A stretch of DNA of 64,000 nucleotides from Minisyncoccota bacterium. Lineage in GTDB: Bacteria > Patescibacteriota > Minisyncoccia > Phycocordibacterales > UBA9973. This document shows positions 48,401-58,306 of the stretch, piece after piece; positions within the stretch are counted from its first letter, which is position 1, and each line of letters starts with the position of its first letter. The stretch lies in the NCBI GenBank assembly GCA_041664605.1, contig JBAYKO010000001.1, forward strand, positions 9,220 to 73,219, given 5' to 3'. The notes beneath the pieces were generated by a model. It did not search any database. It saw nothing but the letters and a program-made list of their open reading frames with translations, and was not told the origin of the DNA. The position numbers and the translations under genes are program-made.

Positions 48401-50317
48401 CTAAAGAATATCTTCCGGATCCACTTGAATACTAAAAGCAGGGGGTAGGGAATTTAATTTTTCCCATAAATTTTCATCAAAATTGCCTTTTCTTAATGAT
48501 TCAAGAGTCCAAAGGTTTCTGTCTATTTTTATAACCATATTTATAATGTGAAGTCCTTTAATTTTAGCGACGAAAGCGTGAAAGATGTCTGGTTTATATT
48601 CTTCAAACATTTCTTTCAAAATAATTTTTTCCTTTTCAACAGCTTCCTTTTTTCCGCGATAACTAACTTTTATAATTGTTTTAAATGGTGGATAACCAAA
48701 CTTTTGTCTTTCTTCGATTTCGTCTCTGTAAACTTGGCTTAAATTTCCACTCATAATGTGTCTCAATATTTTTTCATCAGCATTTCTGGTTTGGATCAAT
48801 AGTTTTTTGTCAGTATGAAGAATCAAAGATGAGACAAGATTTAATATTTTTTCATTCATTTTAAAATTAGGAATACTAAAAAGAGAATCAAAAGAAATGA
48901 TGGCTGTGTAATCGATTTCATTTAAATAAAATAAAGCCATTTCTGTACCAACCAAAACTCCACCTTTAGTTTTATAAAACTGATCAATTATTTTTTCCGC
49001 CTGTAAACTTGTTTTAGCCTTTTCTTTATCCAAGCGAAAGGCTTTTATACTCTTAAATTTCTTTTTTATTTCCTCAAAGACGAGCTCAGTTCCAATTCCA
49101 AGTGGTGTCATATTCCAACTTCCGCAATTTACACAGCTAGTATCAGAAGCTTTTTGTTTTTTACATTTATTGCAATAAAATATTCGTCCATTTTTTTCTG
49201 TATTTTTAAGAACAAGTGGAGTTTGGCAAAAATCACAAAAAAGAGGATTACTGCAATCATGGCAGACTGTTATTGGGGCTAAACCCTTTCTTAAAGTGAA
49301 TAAGAATATTTTTTTATTTTCTTTTATTGATTTTGAGATTAAGTCTATAACTTCATTGCTTAAAATAGAAAATTTAGTATCCTCATCTTTTTTCATATCA
49401 ATAATTTCTAAATCTGAATTTTGGGGAACTCTAAAAGAAATAGGAGAAATTTCATTAAATTCAAAATTATCATGTCTCCAAATAGTTTCCATTCTAAGAA
49501 ATGTATCAGCAAGTATTAATTTTACTTTTAGTTTGTAAGATAAAAATTCTACAAAAGTTCGTGTGTCTATAAATGGTCGTGTCAGTGATTTGTGAGAAGG
49601 GGAACTTTCTCGCTCTAGAACAATAGCCCCGATATCATTTCTTGGAATAAATAAGAATTGACTAGTAGCGATAATGAGTACAGGATGATCTTCTTTGATA
49701 ACTTTATTATATTTTTCTAGAAGTTTTTTATCTGGAACATCACTATGAAATACATAAACATAATTTTCTATTCCTTTCTGAATATTTTCGGCAAAAAATT
49801 CGATATCACTAATCGTTGGTAAACATAAAAATACAGAAGTTTTTTTAGCGAATGATTCACGGATAAAAGTTTTATAAAAAGAAATACGATCTTCAAGAGG
49901 AGCTTGGAAAATTAATTTTTCTTGCTTTAAAATAGCCCTATCCCTTTGTATTTCTTTATATTCGAGTTTTTGGAGTTTGTCATAATTTTTTAAATAAATC
50001 GCCGGAAGAAAAGAGTTTATTATTTGACCAGTTTGTCCAATAAAATATTTTTTTGTTTCTTCGCAGGCTTTAAAAAATTCTGGTAAGAAAAAAGATGGGC
50101 CAATAATTTTTTCAATTTTCTTTAAATTATATGTTGCGGTTTTAACTTCAGATTTTGATTTACTAGCATCTTCAACAGAAACAACCAATGCATTAACTAA
50201 TTTATTGCGAATTTTAATAGATACGATCATACCCACCTCTATTTCTAGAGCACTGAAATATGTGAGGGTTTCTTTTTGAATTCCCTTTGTGAGAGGTGTG
50301 ATTGTGACGATTTTCAT
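48401..50317 (-). CDS. priA: Primosomal protein PriA (degenerate helicase motifs)
   Basis: Four CxxC motifs, GIGTE, IQTR, ER..FGYPPF, VDP terminus. Confidence 0.88.
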   Translation of the reverse strand: MKIVTITPLTKGIQKETLTYFSALEIEVGMIVSIKIRNKLVNALVVSVEDASKSKSEVKTATYNLKKIEKIIGPSFFLPEFFKACEETKKYFIGQTGQIINSFLPAIYLKNYDKLQKLEYKEIQRDRAILKQEKLIFQAPLEDRISFYKTFIRESFAKKTSVFLCLPTISDIEFFAENIQKGIENYVYVFHSDVPDKKLLEKYNKVIKEDHPVLIIATSQFLFIPRNDIGAIVLERESSPSHKSLTRPFIDTRTFVEFLSYKLKVKLILADTFLRMETIWRHDNFEFNEISPISFRVPQNSDLEIIDMKKDEDTKFSILSNEVIDLISKSIKENKKIFLFTLRKGLAPITVCHDCSNPLFCDFCQTPLVLKNTEKNGRIFYCNKCKKQKASDTSCVNCGSWNMTPLGIGTELVFEEIKKKFKSIKAFRLDKEKAKTSLQAEKIIDQFYKTKGGVLVGTEMALFYLNEIDYTAIISFDSLFSIPNFKMNEKILNLVSSLILHTDKKLLIQTRNADEKILRHIMSGNLSQVYRDEIEERQKFGYPPFKTIIKVSYRGKKEAVEKEKIILKEMFEEYKPDIFHAFVAKIKGLHIINMVIKIDRNLWTLESLRKGNFDENLWEKLNSLPPAFSIQVDPEDIL

Positions 50318-50457
50318 CCCGTTAGAAATAGGAAATGCCTAAACAAGTAGCTGTTTTGGCATTTCCAAAGTTTATTAATGGTTCTGTTAAATTTATTGAT
50401 TTCATTTTAATTTTAATGTTTATATAAATATATCAACTGATTGATTTCTAACGGGAT
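50316..50457. mobile_element. MITE-like element with 14-bp TIR ATCCCGTTAGAAAT
   Basis: 50316-50329 / 50444-50457 perfect inverted repeat overlapping the priA ATG. Confidence 0.65.
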
Positions 50458-50555
50458 TCATTATTTATAGATTAGCATAATAAAAAGAAGCTTTTTACTT
50501 GACTTTTAGGTTTATTGTGATAGAATCTGGTCAGAGTTATTTTAAAAGTCTGTAT

Positions 50556-51056
50556 ATGAAAATATCAAAACAAATTTTGGTTTCAATTGCCCAAATCTTT
50601 ATGATCTCAGGATACTGGTTGGGTATTATGAGTATTAAAATTGGTAAATTTTTTGCCAAGCAATGGGATAAGTGGATAAAGATTACTCTAATTTTTACTT
50701 CAGCCATTGTGTGTATCCTTACTCCTCTATCTTTTTTTATAGAGGGGTTAGATCATCTATTCATACTTATTGAAAAAGGAGAAATGGACATGGGTATTTA
50801 TGTTAATGCAAGAGTATTTTTACTTGTTGCTGTTTTTTTAATTTTTACACTTTTATCTTTCCGTAGAGAATACGGGAAACTAATTTTGTTTTTCTTTGCG
50901 TCAATGTTTGTTAGTCTTCTTTTGGGGTTTATCTTAATAAACCTTTTTGAGATTAAAGATATTTTCACATTTTGGAAATTTGGTTTTCTAATATTTTCGA
51001 CGTTTGGGATGATTATCCCTACGATATGTGAAGCAAAAAGAGCGAATATAAGATGA
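50556..51056 (+). CDS. Hypothetical membrane protein; probable start 50556
   Basis: 4-5 TMs. Confidence 0.6.
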   Translation: MKISKQILVSIAQIFMISGYWLGIMSIKIGKFFAKQWDKWIKITLIFTSAIVCILTPLSFFIEGLDHLFILIEKGEMDMGIYVNARVFLLVAVFLIFTLLSFRREYGKLILFFFASMFVSLLLGFILINLFEIKDIFTFWKFGFLIFSTFGMIIPTICEAKRANIR

Positions 51057-51096
51057 AAGACTTTTTTACAGAAAACCCGCCATACGGCGGGTTTTG

Positions 51097-51735
51097 TTAT
51101 ATCATTTTTAACCAACATTTTAACCAACAAAAGAACATAGAATATAAATTTTCTACCGTTCCCATTTCATAACAGACTGCAATGAATGGGTTTTCTTCCC
51201 AGCAGTCATCCATGGATACAAACCGCAAAAATTTTGCGTGATCACTCTTTTTTTCACCCTCTTTCATTCTGTTTCTGTCGAAGAAATTTACACAAGGAAA
51301 AGAATCTCCCCTGAATGTATTCTTAATAGAATAATTCATTGTGATAATTTTTTTATCAGGAGTTGTTTTTTGATCACAGAAAATTAGAAATTCTAACAAA
51401 TTAAGATTTCTGTATCCCTTCTTAAATATTCTTTGATTAATCAGGGGTGGTTTTTCTCTATACTTAGCAACTTCTTTAAAAGGGATTAATTCTACCAGCA
51501 AAAACTTCTTTGCCGATAGTTTTTTCCATTTTTGTTCATTTTCAAAACCTGAAGGAATGTGTCCATTGTTTATTTTTTCAATGAGTTCTATAACCCCCAT
51601 TTTTTTTGTGGTAAACATTATAAAATCTTCTGTCCTTTCTTTTGTTTTTATTACTAGAAGTCTTTTGTAATAAAAATAACCAGCCGTAATAGTCCAAGTT
51701 AAAGTAATTGCTATAAGTATTATTAGTACATTCAT
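51097..51735 (-). CDS. Hypothetical protein with N-terminal TM
   Basis: TATAAT + GGCAGAAAA leader. Confidence 0.6.
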   Translation of the reverse strand: MNVLIILIAITLTWTITAGYFYYKRLLVIKTKERTEDFIMFTTKKMGVIELIEKINNGHIPSGFENEQKWKKLSAKKFLLVELIPFKEVAKYREKPPLINQRIFKKGYRNLNLLEFLIFCDQKTTPDKKIITMNYSIKNTFRGDSFPCVNFFDRNRMKEGEKKSDHAKFLRFVSMDDCWEENPFIAVCYEMGTVENLYSMFFCWLKCWLKMI

Positions 51736-51870
51736 GGTTTTTAAGATCTTTTTATTTTCTGCCTCAATTATACATTTTTAAAATAAAAAACAAGTCAAAA
51801 GGCCGTTTGGTTTGTACGTTTTCTTTTGGATTTTTTATGGTATAATCGCTTTGATAAAACTATTAAATTT

Positions 51871-52884
51871 ATGGGAATTTTTGTTAAAAAACTAGGAATA
51901 GATTTAGGCACTGCAAACACCCTCGTTTTCGTTCCGGGAAAGGGGATAATTTTAAACGAACCATCCGTGGTGGCTGTTTCAGAACAAGATAATAAAATTT
52001 TGGCTATTGGAGTTGAAGCAAAAGAAATGATTGGAAAAACCCCCGACAGTATTATTGCTTATCGTCCAATGAAAGATGGAGTGATTGCAGATTATAGAGT
52101 TACAGAAGCGATGCTTCGATATTTTATAAACAAAGCGCTCGGCTCATTTAACATTTTTAGACCAGATGTAATGATTTCAGTTCCAGCTGGAGTTACTTCA
52201 ACAGAAAGAAGAGCGGTTGTGGAGGCAGCAATTAAAGCTGGAGCAAAGAATGCTTATGTCGTTAAAGAACCAATTTTGGCAGCAATCGGTGCGGGTATTC
52301 CAATTCATGAATCAAAAGGCCACATGGTGGTAGATATTGGTGGTGGAACAACAGATGTTGCAGTGATTTCATTGGGAGGAATTGTAGCTTGTACTTCTGT
52401 TAAGTGTGCTGGAAATAAAGTTGATCAAGCTATCGCGGATTATATAAAGAAAAATTTCAACTTAGCAATTGGAGACAAAACTGCCGAAGAAGTAAAAATA
52501 AAAATTGGTGCCGCTATTCCACTTGAAGAAGAACTTGCACTAACTATAAAAGGTAGAGATTTTATTCATGGTCTTCCAAGGTCTGCCAGAATCACAACTA
52601 ACGAAATTGTTAAGGCTATTAATCAAGAACTTAATCAAATGATAAAAGCCATAAAAGATGTGTTACAAGAAACTCCACCCGAACTCGCATCAGACATTAT
52701 TGATCACGGAATAATCATGACAGGTGGTTCATCTCAAATAAGGAATCTATGTGATCTTGTTTATAGAAAAACGGGGGTTAAGGCATATCTTGCTGAAGAC
52801 CCGTTATATTGTGTAGTAAAGGGAACAGGTATTGCCTTAAATCACCTAGATGTTTACAAAAAAACAATAATAAGTAAAAAATAA
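51871..52884 (+). CDS. mreB: Rod shape-determining protein MreB; probable start 51871
   Basis: GIDLGTANT, EPSVVA, VDIGGGTT, PPELASD. Confidence 0.97.
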   Translation: MGIFVKKLGIDLGTANTLVFVPGKGIILNEPSVVAVSEQDNKILAIGVEAKEMIGKTPDSIIAYRPMKDGVIADYRVTEAMLRYFINKALGSFNIFRPDVMISVPAGVTSTERRAVVEAAIKAGAKNAYVVKEPILAAIGAGIPIHESKGHMVVDIGGGTTDVAVISLGGIVACTSVKCAGNKVDQAIADYIKKNFNLAIGDKTAEEVKIKIGAAIPLEEELALTIKGRDFIHGLPRSARITTNEIVKAINQELNQMIKAIKDVLQETPPELASDIIDHGIIMTGGSSQIRNLCDLVYRKTGVKAYLAEDPLYCVVKGTGIALNHLDVYKKTIISKK

Positions 52885-52931
52885 TCTATTCTACAATTCT
52901 ATAGAATTATAGAATAGATTTGAAATTTTAA

Positions 52932-53654
52932 ATGCAATTAAATTTAGAAGAAAATAATCTTCATCATGCTTATCTTATAGAAGGGGATAAGAATTCTATT
53001 ATTCCACTTATTTTTGATTTTATAAAAAGTATGGGAATTGAAACAGAAGGAAATGGAGATATTTGGTATCAAGAAATAAAAACTTTAAACATAGAAGGTA
53101 GTCACCAAATAAAAGCAAGACAAATAGAAAGAGGTTTGATGGGTGGTAAAAAGTTTTTTATTTTTGCTATTGATTTTTTTACCAGAGATGCAGAACAAGC
53201 ATTACTAAAGGTTTTTGAGGAACCAGCAGAAAATGTTCACTTTTTCATAATTACTCCGACGACTGACTTTCTTTTAGAGACATTAAAATCTAGATTTGTT
53301 TTAATAAAATCAGATGAAGAAAAATTTATTTCGGACGATATAAAAAATTTAGCAAAAAAAATAATTGAATCTTCTCAAAAAGAAAGACTTGATTTAGTAG
53401 GAAAATTTATTAAGAAATATGAAGAAGAAGAAATCCACGCGTATATGAGAAGTGATTCTACTAACCTTTTAAATATGATTGAAAAAGAATATTACGAAAA
53501 ATCTGACCCACGCCAAGGCGGGGCAGGCAAAAATTTTTCAAAAGACCAGATTTTTCTTTTTGATGAATTAATTAAGGTAAAAAATTATTTAAATGATAAA
53601 GGTTCATCAGCTAAAATGCTTTTAGAACATATTGTTTTAATTTTACCTAAATAA
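52932..53654 (+). CDS. holB: DNA polymerase III delta' subunit-like
   Basis: HHAYLIEG, AEQALLKVFEEP, LLETLKSR. Confidence 0.75.
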   Translation: MQLNLEENNLHHAYLIEGDKNSIIPLIFDFIKSMGIETEGNGDIWYQEIKTLNIEGSHQIKARQIERGLMGGKKFFIFAIDFFTRDAEQALLKVFEEPAENVHFFIITPTTDFLLETLKSRFVLIKSDEEKFISDDIKNLAKKIIESSQKERLDLVGKFIKKYEEEEIHAYMRSDSTNLLNMIEKEYYEKSDPRQGGAGKNFSKDQIFLFDELIKVKNYLNDKGSSAKMLLEHIVLILPK

Positions 53655-53803
53655 AAGAATAAAAACAGAAATTTATAAAAACAGAAGGGCTAATTCCCTC
53701 CAAAGGCGGGCAGGCGCTCTAATTAGCCCACCTGTTTTTACTTGACAAATAGTTTATTGTCTGATAAGATTTAGGCAGAAAAAATGTTCTAAATATATTT
53801 AAT

Positions 53804-54565
53804 ATGAAAGTCAAAAAAATGATTACTCTTTCGGATAGAGAGGTTATAGAACTTATTATGTCTACGGATGATGGATGTAAAGTTTTAGCTTATTTAGTTA
53901 AAGCAAATTACAGCAATAACGAAGCAAGAATTCGTAATTCAATTTATTATGGTCTTAAAAGTAAAGGCATTGTTGCTGATATAAATACTTTTGACAGTAA
54001 TAAATTTAATGTTTTTCTCTCTGAAGTTGAGGAAATTATCGAAAAGAAGGAAGAAACTATCGACAAAGTTGATTTGAGTGAAATTTTGATTACAAGAATT
54101 GATTTTTCGGTTTTGGGATTTAATGCACTAAGGTTTGATTTAAAGATTACAAATCTAAAAGAGCTTGAAGATTATTTAGTTGCGGAACATAATAAATCTG
54201 GTGAAGACGCAGAAAATTGTCTCAAGCGGGGAAAAGTAAGTTTGTTTGGAAAAAAATCTTTTCAAGAACTAATAGCTCTTTTAAGAAAGCACAAACTTCA
54301 AATAAATCCAGATGGGAGAATTATTCCAATAGAGAAAGATCCAACCCTAAATTGGCATAAAATAAAAGATATTGATATGACCGTAAGATCCTCTAATCTG
54401 CTAAAAAGTAGCAATTTTCTTGCGAAAGAAGGATTCACTTTTCTTGAAGAATTGCAACAGTATTCTAAGGAGGATTTGATGAGAATCCGGAATATGGGAG
54501 AAAAGAGCGTAATCGAAATTAATAATTTGATGAAGGAAAAAAAATTATCACTTCGTCAAGAATAA
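53804..54565 (+). CDS. RNA polymerase alpha-CTD domain-containing protein
   Basis: DMTVRSSNLL...EDLMRIRNMGEKSVIEI plus a degenerate upstream copy. Confidence 0.7.
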   Translation: MKVKKMITLSDREVIELIMSTDDGCKVLAYLVKANYSNNEARIRNSIYYGLKSKGIVADINTFDSNKFNVFLSEVEEIIEKKEETIDKVDLSEILITRIDFSVLGFNALRFDLKITNLKELEDYLVAEHNKSGEDAENCLKRGKVSLFGKKSFQELIALLRKHKLQINPDGRIIPIEKDPTLNWHKIKDIDMTVRSSNLLKSSNFLAKEGFTFLEELQQYSKEDLMRIRNMGEKSVIEINNLMKEKKLSLRQE

Positions 54566-54716
54566 AGAATAGTCCTTTTGTAAAAGCGGACAGAGAAATC
54601 TGTCCGCTTTTTGATTTTGTTATTTTCATTTTGAATGTTATTATTATATTTGAATCAAGTATTTATTTTAGTCTTTTTACTAGAACCTAGCCCCTAGAAC
54701 CTAACACCTAATTCAT

Positions 54717-55271
54717 ATGGCATACAATCTTTCAAATTTTAAAAACGAAATAAAGAAAGTTGAAGAATGGCTTTCTAAAGAGTATTCTCAAATTCACACA
54801 GGGAGAGCATCTCCAATATTTTTAGATTCCGTTTTTGTAGAATCTTATGGGACATTGATGGCTATAAAAAATATTGGCTCAGTTTCTATCGAAGATCCAA
54901 AGACACTTCGAGTTTCTCCGTGGGATAAAAGTCAGATTAAGGCTGTTGAAAAAGCTATAATCTCTGCTAATCTAGGACTTTCTGTTGTGCCTGATGAAGC
55001 TGGCCTTCGAGTAATATTTCCAATGTTAACCACAGAAAATAGAACATCGATTGTTAAAATTTTAAAAGAAAGATTAGAAGACGCTAGAATTTCTGTTAGA
55101 AAAGAAAGAGAAAAAGTTTGGAATGATATTCAAGATAAAGAGACGGCCGGGTCTATTTCTGAAGATGATAAATTTATGGCGAAAGACGAACTTCAAAAAA
55201 TAATAGATGAAACGAATGCTAATCTTGAAGTAATTTTTGATAAAAAAGAAAAAGAAGTAATGAATCAATAA
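54717..55271 (+). CDS. frr: Ribosome recycling factor
   Basis: IHTGRASP, SPWDK, LTTENR. Confidence 0.96.
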   Translation: MAYNLSNFKNEIKKVEEWLSKEYSQIHTGRASPIFLDSVFVESYGTLMAIKNIGSVSIEDPKTLRVSPWDKSQIKAVEKAIISANLGLSVVPDEAGLRVIFPMLTTENRTSIVKILKERLEDARISVRKEREKVWNDIQDKETAGSISEDDKFMAKDELQKIIDETNANLEVIFDKKEKEVMNQ

Positions 55272-55272
55272 T

Positions 55273-56367
55273 ATGAGTGTAATAATTTTTATAATCGTAC
55301 TTGCAATATTAATCTTAGCTCATGAATTGGGGCATTTTCTTACTGCCAAAAAATTTGGTATTAAAGTGGAAGAATTTGGCTTTGGATATCCGCCTAAAAT
55401 TTATGGAATTAAAAGAGGTGAAACAACATATTCTATCAACTGGCTTCCTTTTGGTGGTTTTGTAAAAATCTTTGGACAAGATCCCGACGAAGAATCAACT
55501 CATGGTCATGACAGTAAGAGAAGTTTTGTTCATAAACCAAAAAGTGTTCAAGCTATTGTTTTATCTGCTGGAATTATTGCAAATATTTTACTTGCGTGGC
55601 TTTTGTTTTCTGTCGGGTTTATTTCTGGTCTTCCAGTTTCTATTGCGGGGCCATCTTTACAAAATGAAGCAAAAGATAAAGCGCTCATTGTCTCAAGTGT
55701 TTTAAAAGATTCTCCAGCTTATATATCGGGACTAGAACAAGGTGATAAAATTATTTCCCTTTCTCAAAAAGAAAATGTTTTAACAGATGTAAACACAGAA
55801 GGTGTGCAAGAATTTATTTCTTCAAGTAATGGAAAAGAAATTAATATTTCTCTAATAAGAAATGGCGAAGAAAAAACTATTTCAGTTTTACCAAAAGAAG
55901 GAATTGCAAAAGGTAAATATGCGATAGGAATTTCTATGGATATGATAGGGAAAGTTAAACTTTCAGTTCCGAGAGCTTTTTACGAAGGAGCAAAATTAAC
56001 TGGTTTTGTTATTAAAGAAACAGTCGTGGCACTATATGATTTGATTAAAGGTGCATTTATTGGGAAAGCAGACTTCTCGTCTGTTACTGGGCCTATTGGT
56101 ATTATTGGTGTAGTAGGGAATGCCTATAGTTTTGGTTTTATTTATCTTATTTCTTTTATGGCATTTATCTCTATTAACTTGGCGATTATAAACTTAATAC
56201 CATTTCCAGCGCTTGATGGGGGTAGATTGTTTTTCCTTCTCATAGAGAAGATAAAAGGCTCTCCAATTAACCCTAAAATCGCAAATACCCTTAATTCTAT
56301 TGGTTTTATTCTACTTGTAATACTTATGGTTGTTGTCACATACCATGATGTAATTAAGTTGTTCTAA
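55273..56367 (+). CDS. rseP: RIP metalloprotease RseP
   Basis: HELGH, PDZ, NLIPFPALDGG. Confidence 0.95.
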   Translation: MSVIIFIIVLAILILAHELGHFLTAKKFGIKVEEFGFGYPPKIYGIKRGETTYSINWLPFGGFVKIFGQDPDEESTHGHDSKRSFVHKPKSVQAIVLSAGIIANILLAWLLFSVGFISGLPVSIAGPSLQNEAKDKALIVSSVLKDSPAYISGLEQGDKIISLSQKENVLTDVNTEGVQEFISSSNGKEINISLIRNGEEKTISVLPKEGIAKGKYAIGISMDMIGKVKLSVPRAFYEGAKLTGFVIKETVVALYDLIKGAFIGKADFSSVTGPIGIIGVVGNAYSFGFIYLISFMAFISINLAIINLIPFPALDGGRLFFLLIEKIKGSPINPKIANTLNSIGFILLVILMVVVTYHDVIKLF

Positions 56368-56608
56368 AGAAAAAAGGTCATTCTCTTGCATTTATTTTAA
56401 ATTTATGGTTTAATAGAAAGTAATAGATGACCAAAAAAGTACCGGTTTGACAGAGTTTAAAAGTTTAGACATCTCTAATTTGTAGAAAAATTTGACTTTT
56501 TATACTATAGTGATAGAATAATTTTTAGGCATTTAAATAATCTTTAGAAGTTAAATTAATAACCCGCCTGAGGCGGAAAAATTCTGCGAAAAGCAGAATA
56601 AAAAATAT

Positions 56609-57640
56609 ATGACAACAGCAGTTAAATTTAAACCAAAGCAAGTGACAAAGAAGATGCTCGGAGTATTACAAGAAAGAGCACATGATATTATTTCAAATAG
56701 ATTTGGACTAGGAGAAGACGCTGAAAGAAAAACTTTAGAGTCTATCGGTCAGATTTATGGAATTACAAGAGAGCGTGTTCGTCAAATTGAGAATGCGGCA
56801 CTAAACGCTATCAAAAAATCAGAAGCTTTCAAAAAAGAGCAAGCTGTACTAGACGAACTTAAAGAAATAATTGATTCACTAGGTGCTGTTGTTGTTGAAG
56901 ATGACTTATTGTCACATATTTCTAAAGATGCCTCTACTCAAAATCACATTCATTTCTATTTAGTACTAGGAGATGAATTTACAAAACACAAAGAAGATGA
57001 ACATTTTAATTCAAGATGGAGTATTGACTCTGATGTAACAGATGAAATTCATACTTCTTTAAAAAATCTTTACGAAAGTCTAGAAGCTGATGAGATAGTT
57101 CCTGAAGCTGAAATCATTGCAAGATTTTTGAATAATATAAAAAATGTTTCTGAAGATTATAAAAATGATGAGATTGCAAAAAGATGGTTGGGTCTATCAA
57201 AAAGAATTACAAAAAACCCACTTGGTGAATGGGGTAAATCAGAATCTTCAAATGTTAATATCAGAGGTATTAAGGATTATGCTTTCTTAATGATGAGAAA
57301 ACATGGATCACCTATGCACTTCAGAGAAGTTGCAAAAGCTATAACGAATACTTTTGGGAAGAAAACACACACTGCAACTTGTCACAACGAACTTATAAAA
57401 GATAAAAGATTTGTTCTTGTTGGTCGCGGAATGTATGCTCTAACAGAATGGGGATATAAGGGTGGTGTAGCAAAAGAAGTTATTGCTGATATCCTAAAGA
57501 AAGAAGGCCCAATGTCAAAAGATGACATAATTGAAAAAGTTCTAAAAGAAAGATATCTAAAACCAAACACTATTTTAGTAAATCTACAAAATCCTAAATA
57601 TTTTAAAAAGAATAAAAACGGACTATACTCAGTAGCTTAA
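56609..57640 (+). CDS. Sigma70 region-4 HTH + HARE-HTH-like protein
   Basis: TLESIG..YGITRERVRQIE; HNELIKDKRFVLVGRGMYALTEW. Confidence 0.8.
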   Translation: MTTAVKFKPKQVTKKMLGVLQERAHDIISNRFGLGEDAERKTLESIGQIYGITRERVRQIENAALNAIKKSEAFKKEQAVLDELKEIIDSLGAVVVEDDLLSHISKDASTQNHIHFYLVLGDEFTKHKEDEHFNSRWSIDSDVTDEIHTSLKNLYESLEADEIVPEAEIIARFLNNIKNVSEDYKNDEIAKRWLGLSKRITKNPLGEWGKSESSNVNIRGIKDYAFLMMRKHGSPMHFREVAKAITNTFGKKTHTATCHNELIKDKRFVLVGRGMYALTEWGYKGGVAKEVIADILKKEGPMSKDDIIEKVLKERYLKPNTILVNLQNPKYFKKNKNGLYSVA

Positions 57641-57720
57641 AAAATATTAAAAATCCCCCGATTCAGGTCGGGGGATTTTTAATATTTGGCTTTACTTTTA
57701 AAACATACTAAAATATAGAC

Positions 57721-58230
57721 ATGAATAAAATAAATAGACAAAAGGGGATAGCCCATGTAATACTTATTTTTATAGGCCTATTTCTTATTCTGGTTGTTTT
57801 TGGATATTTTTCTATGAATTACACAATGGCTCCAATTGATAATAATTTTATCAATCAAAATCAGAATAATAATAATAATCAGAATCCCAATAATACCCCT
57901 TTGGTTTGTGGGCTTAATTTAATTTTTCCCAAAGAAAATACGAAAATTTCTTTTCCTATGATAATAAAAGGTGTGGCTAATGGTTGCGGGTGGGTGGCGT
58001 TTGAAGGGCAAATAGGGACAGTTGAAATTGTCGATAATTCAGGGATTAGTGTGACAGCGCTCACACCAATAATGGTTAAAGAGACTAATTGGATGCAATT
58101 GCCCGTAACCTTTGAGACAATTGTTAATTTGAAAAATGTTCCTATTAGTAAAGCAGGTTTTCTAATTTTTAGAAATGATGATCCGTCTGGGGCTAATCCA
58201 AAAGTCGTAACTTTGCCGATTAAATTTTAA
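57721..58230 (+). CDS. Membrane-anchored Gmad2-like Ig-domain protein
   Basis: N-terminal TM, N/Q linker, W.AFEGQ, NDDPSG. Confidence 0.6.
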   Translation: MNKINRQKGIAHVILIFIGLFLILVVFGYFSMNYTMAPIDNNFINQNQNNNNNQNPNNTPLVCGLNLIFPKENTKISFPMIIKGVANGCGWVAFEGQIGTVEIVDNSGISVTALTPIMVKETNWMQLPVTFETIVNLKNVPISKAGFLIFRNDDPSGANPKVVTLPIKF

Positions 58231-58306
58231 AAAATACTTAATAATAAACAGTCCCAGTTTTACGGGGCTGTTTTTTTATATTGTTTAGTGTAAAATAGTA
58301 AGTGAT

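Noticed and set aside
57839-57895. (aat)n tract
   Set aside because: Encodes an ordinary Asn/Gln linker
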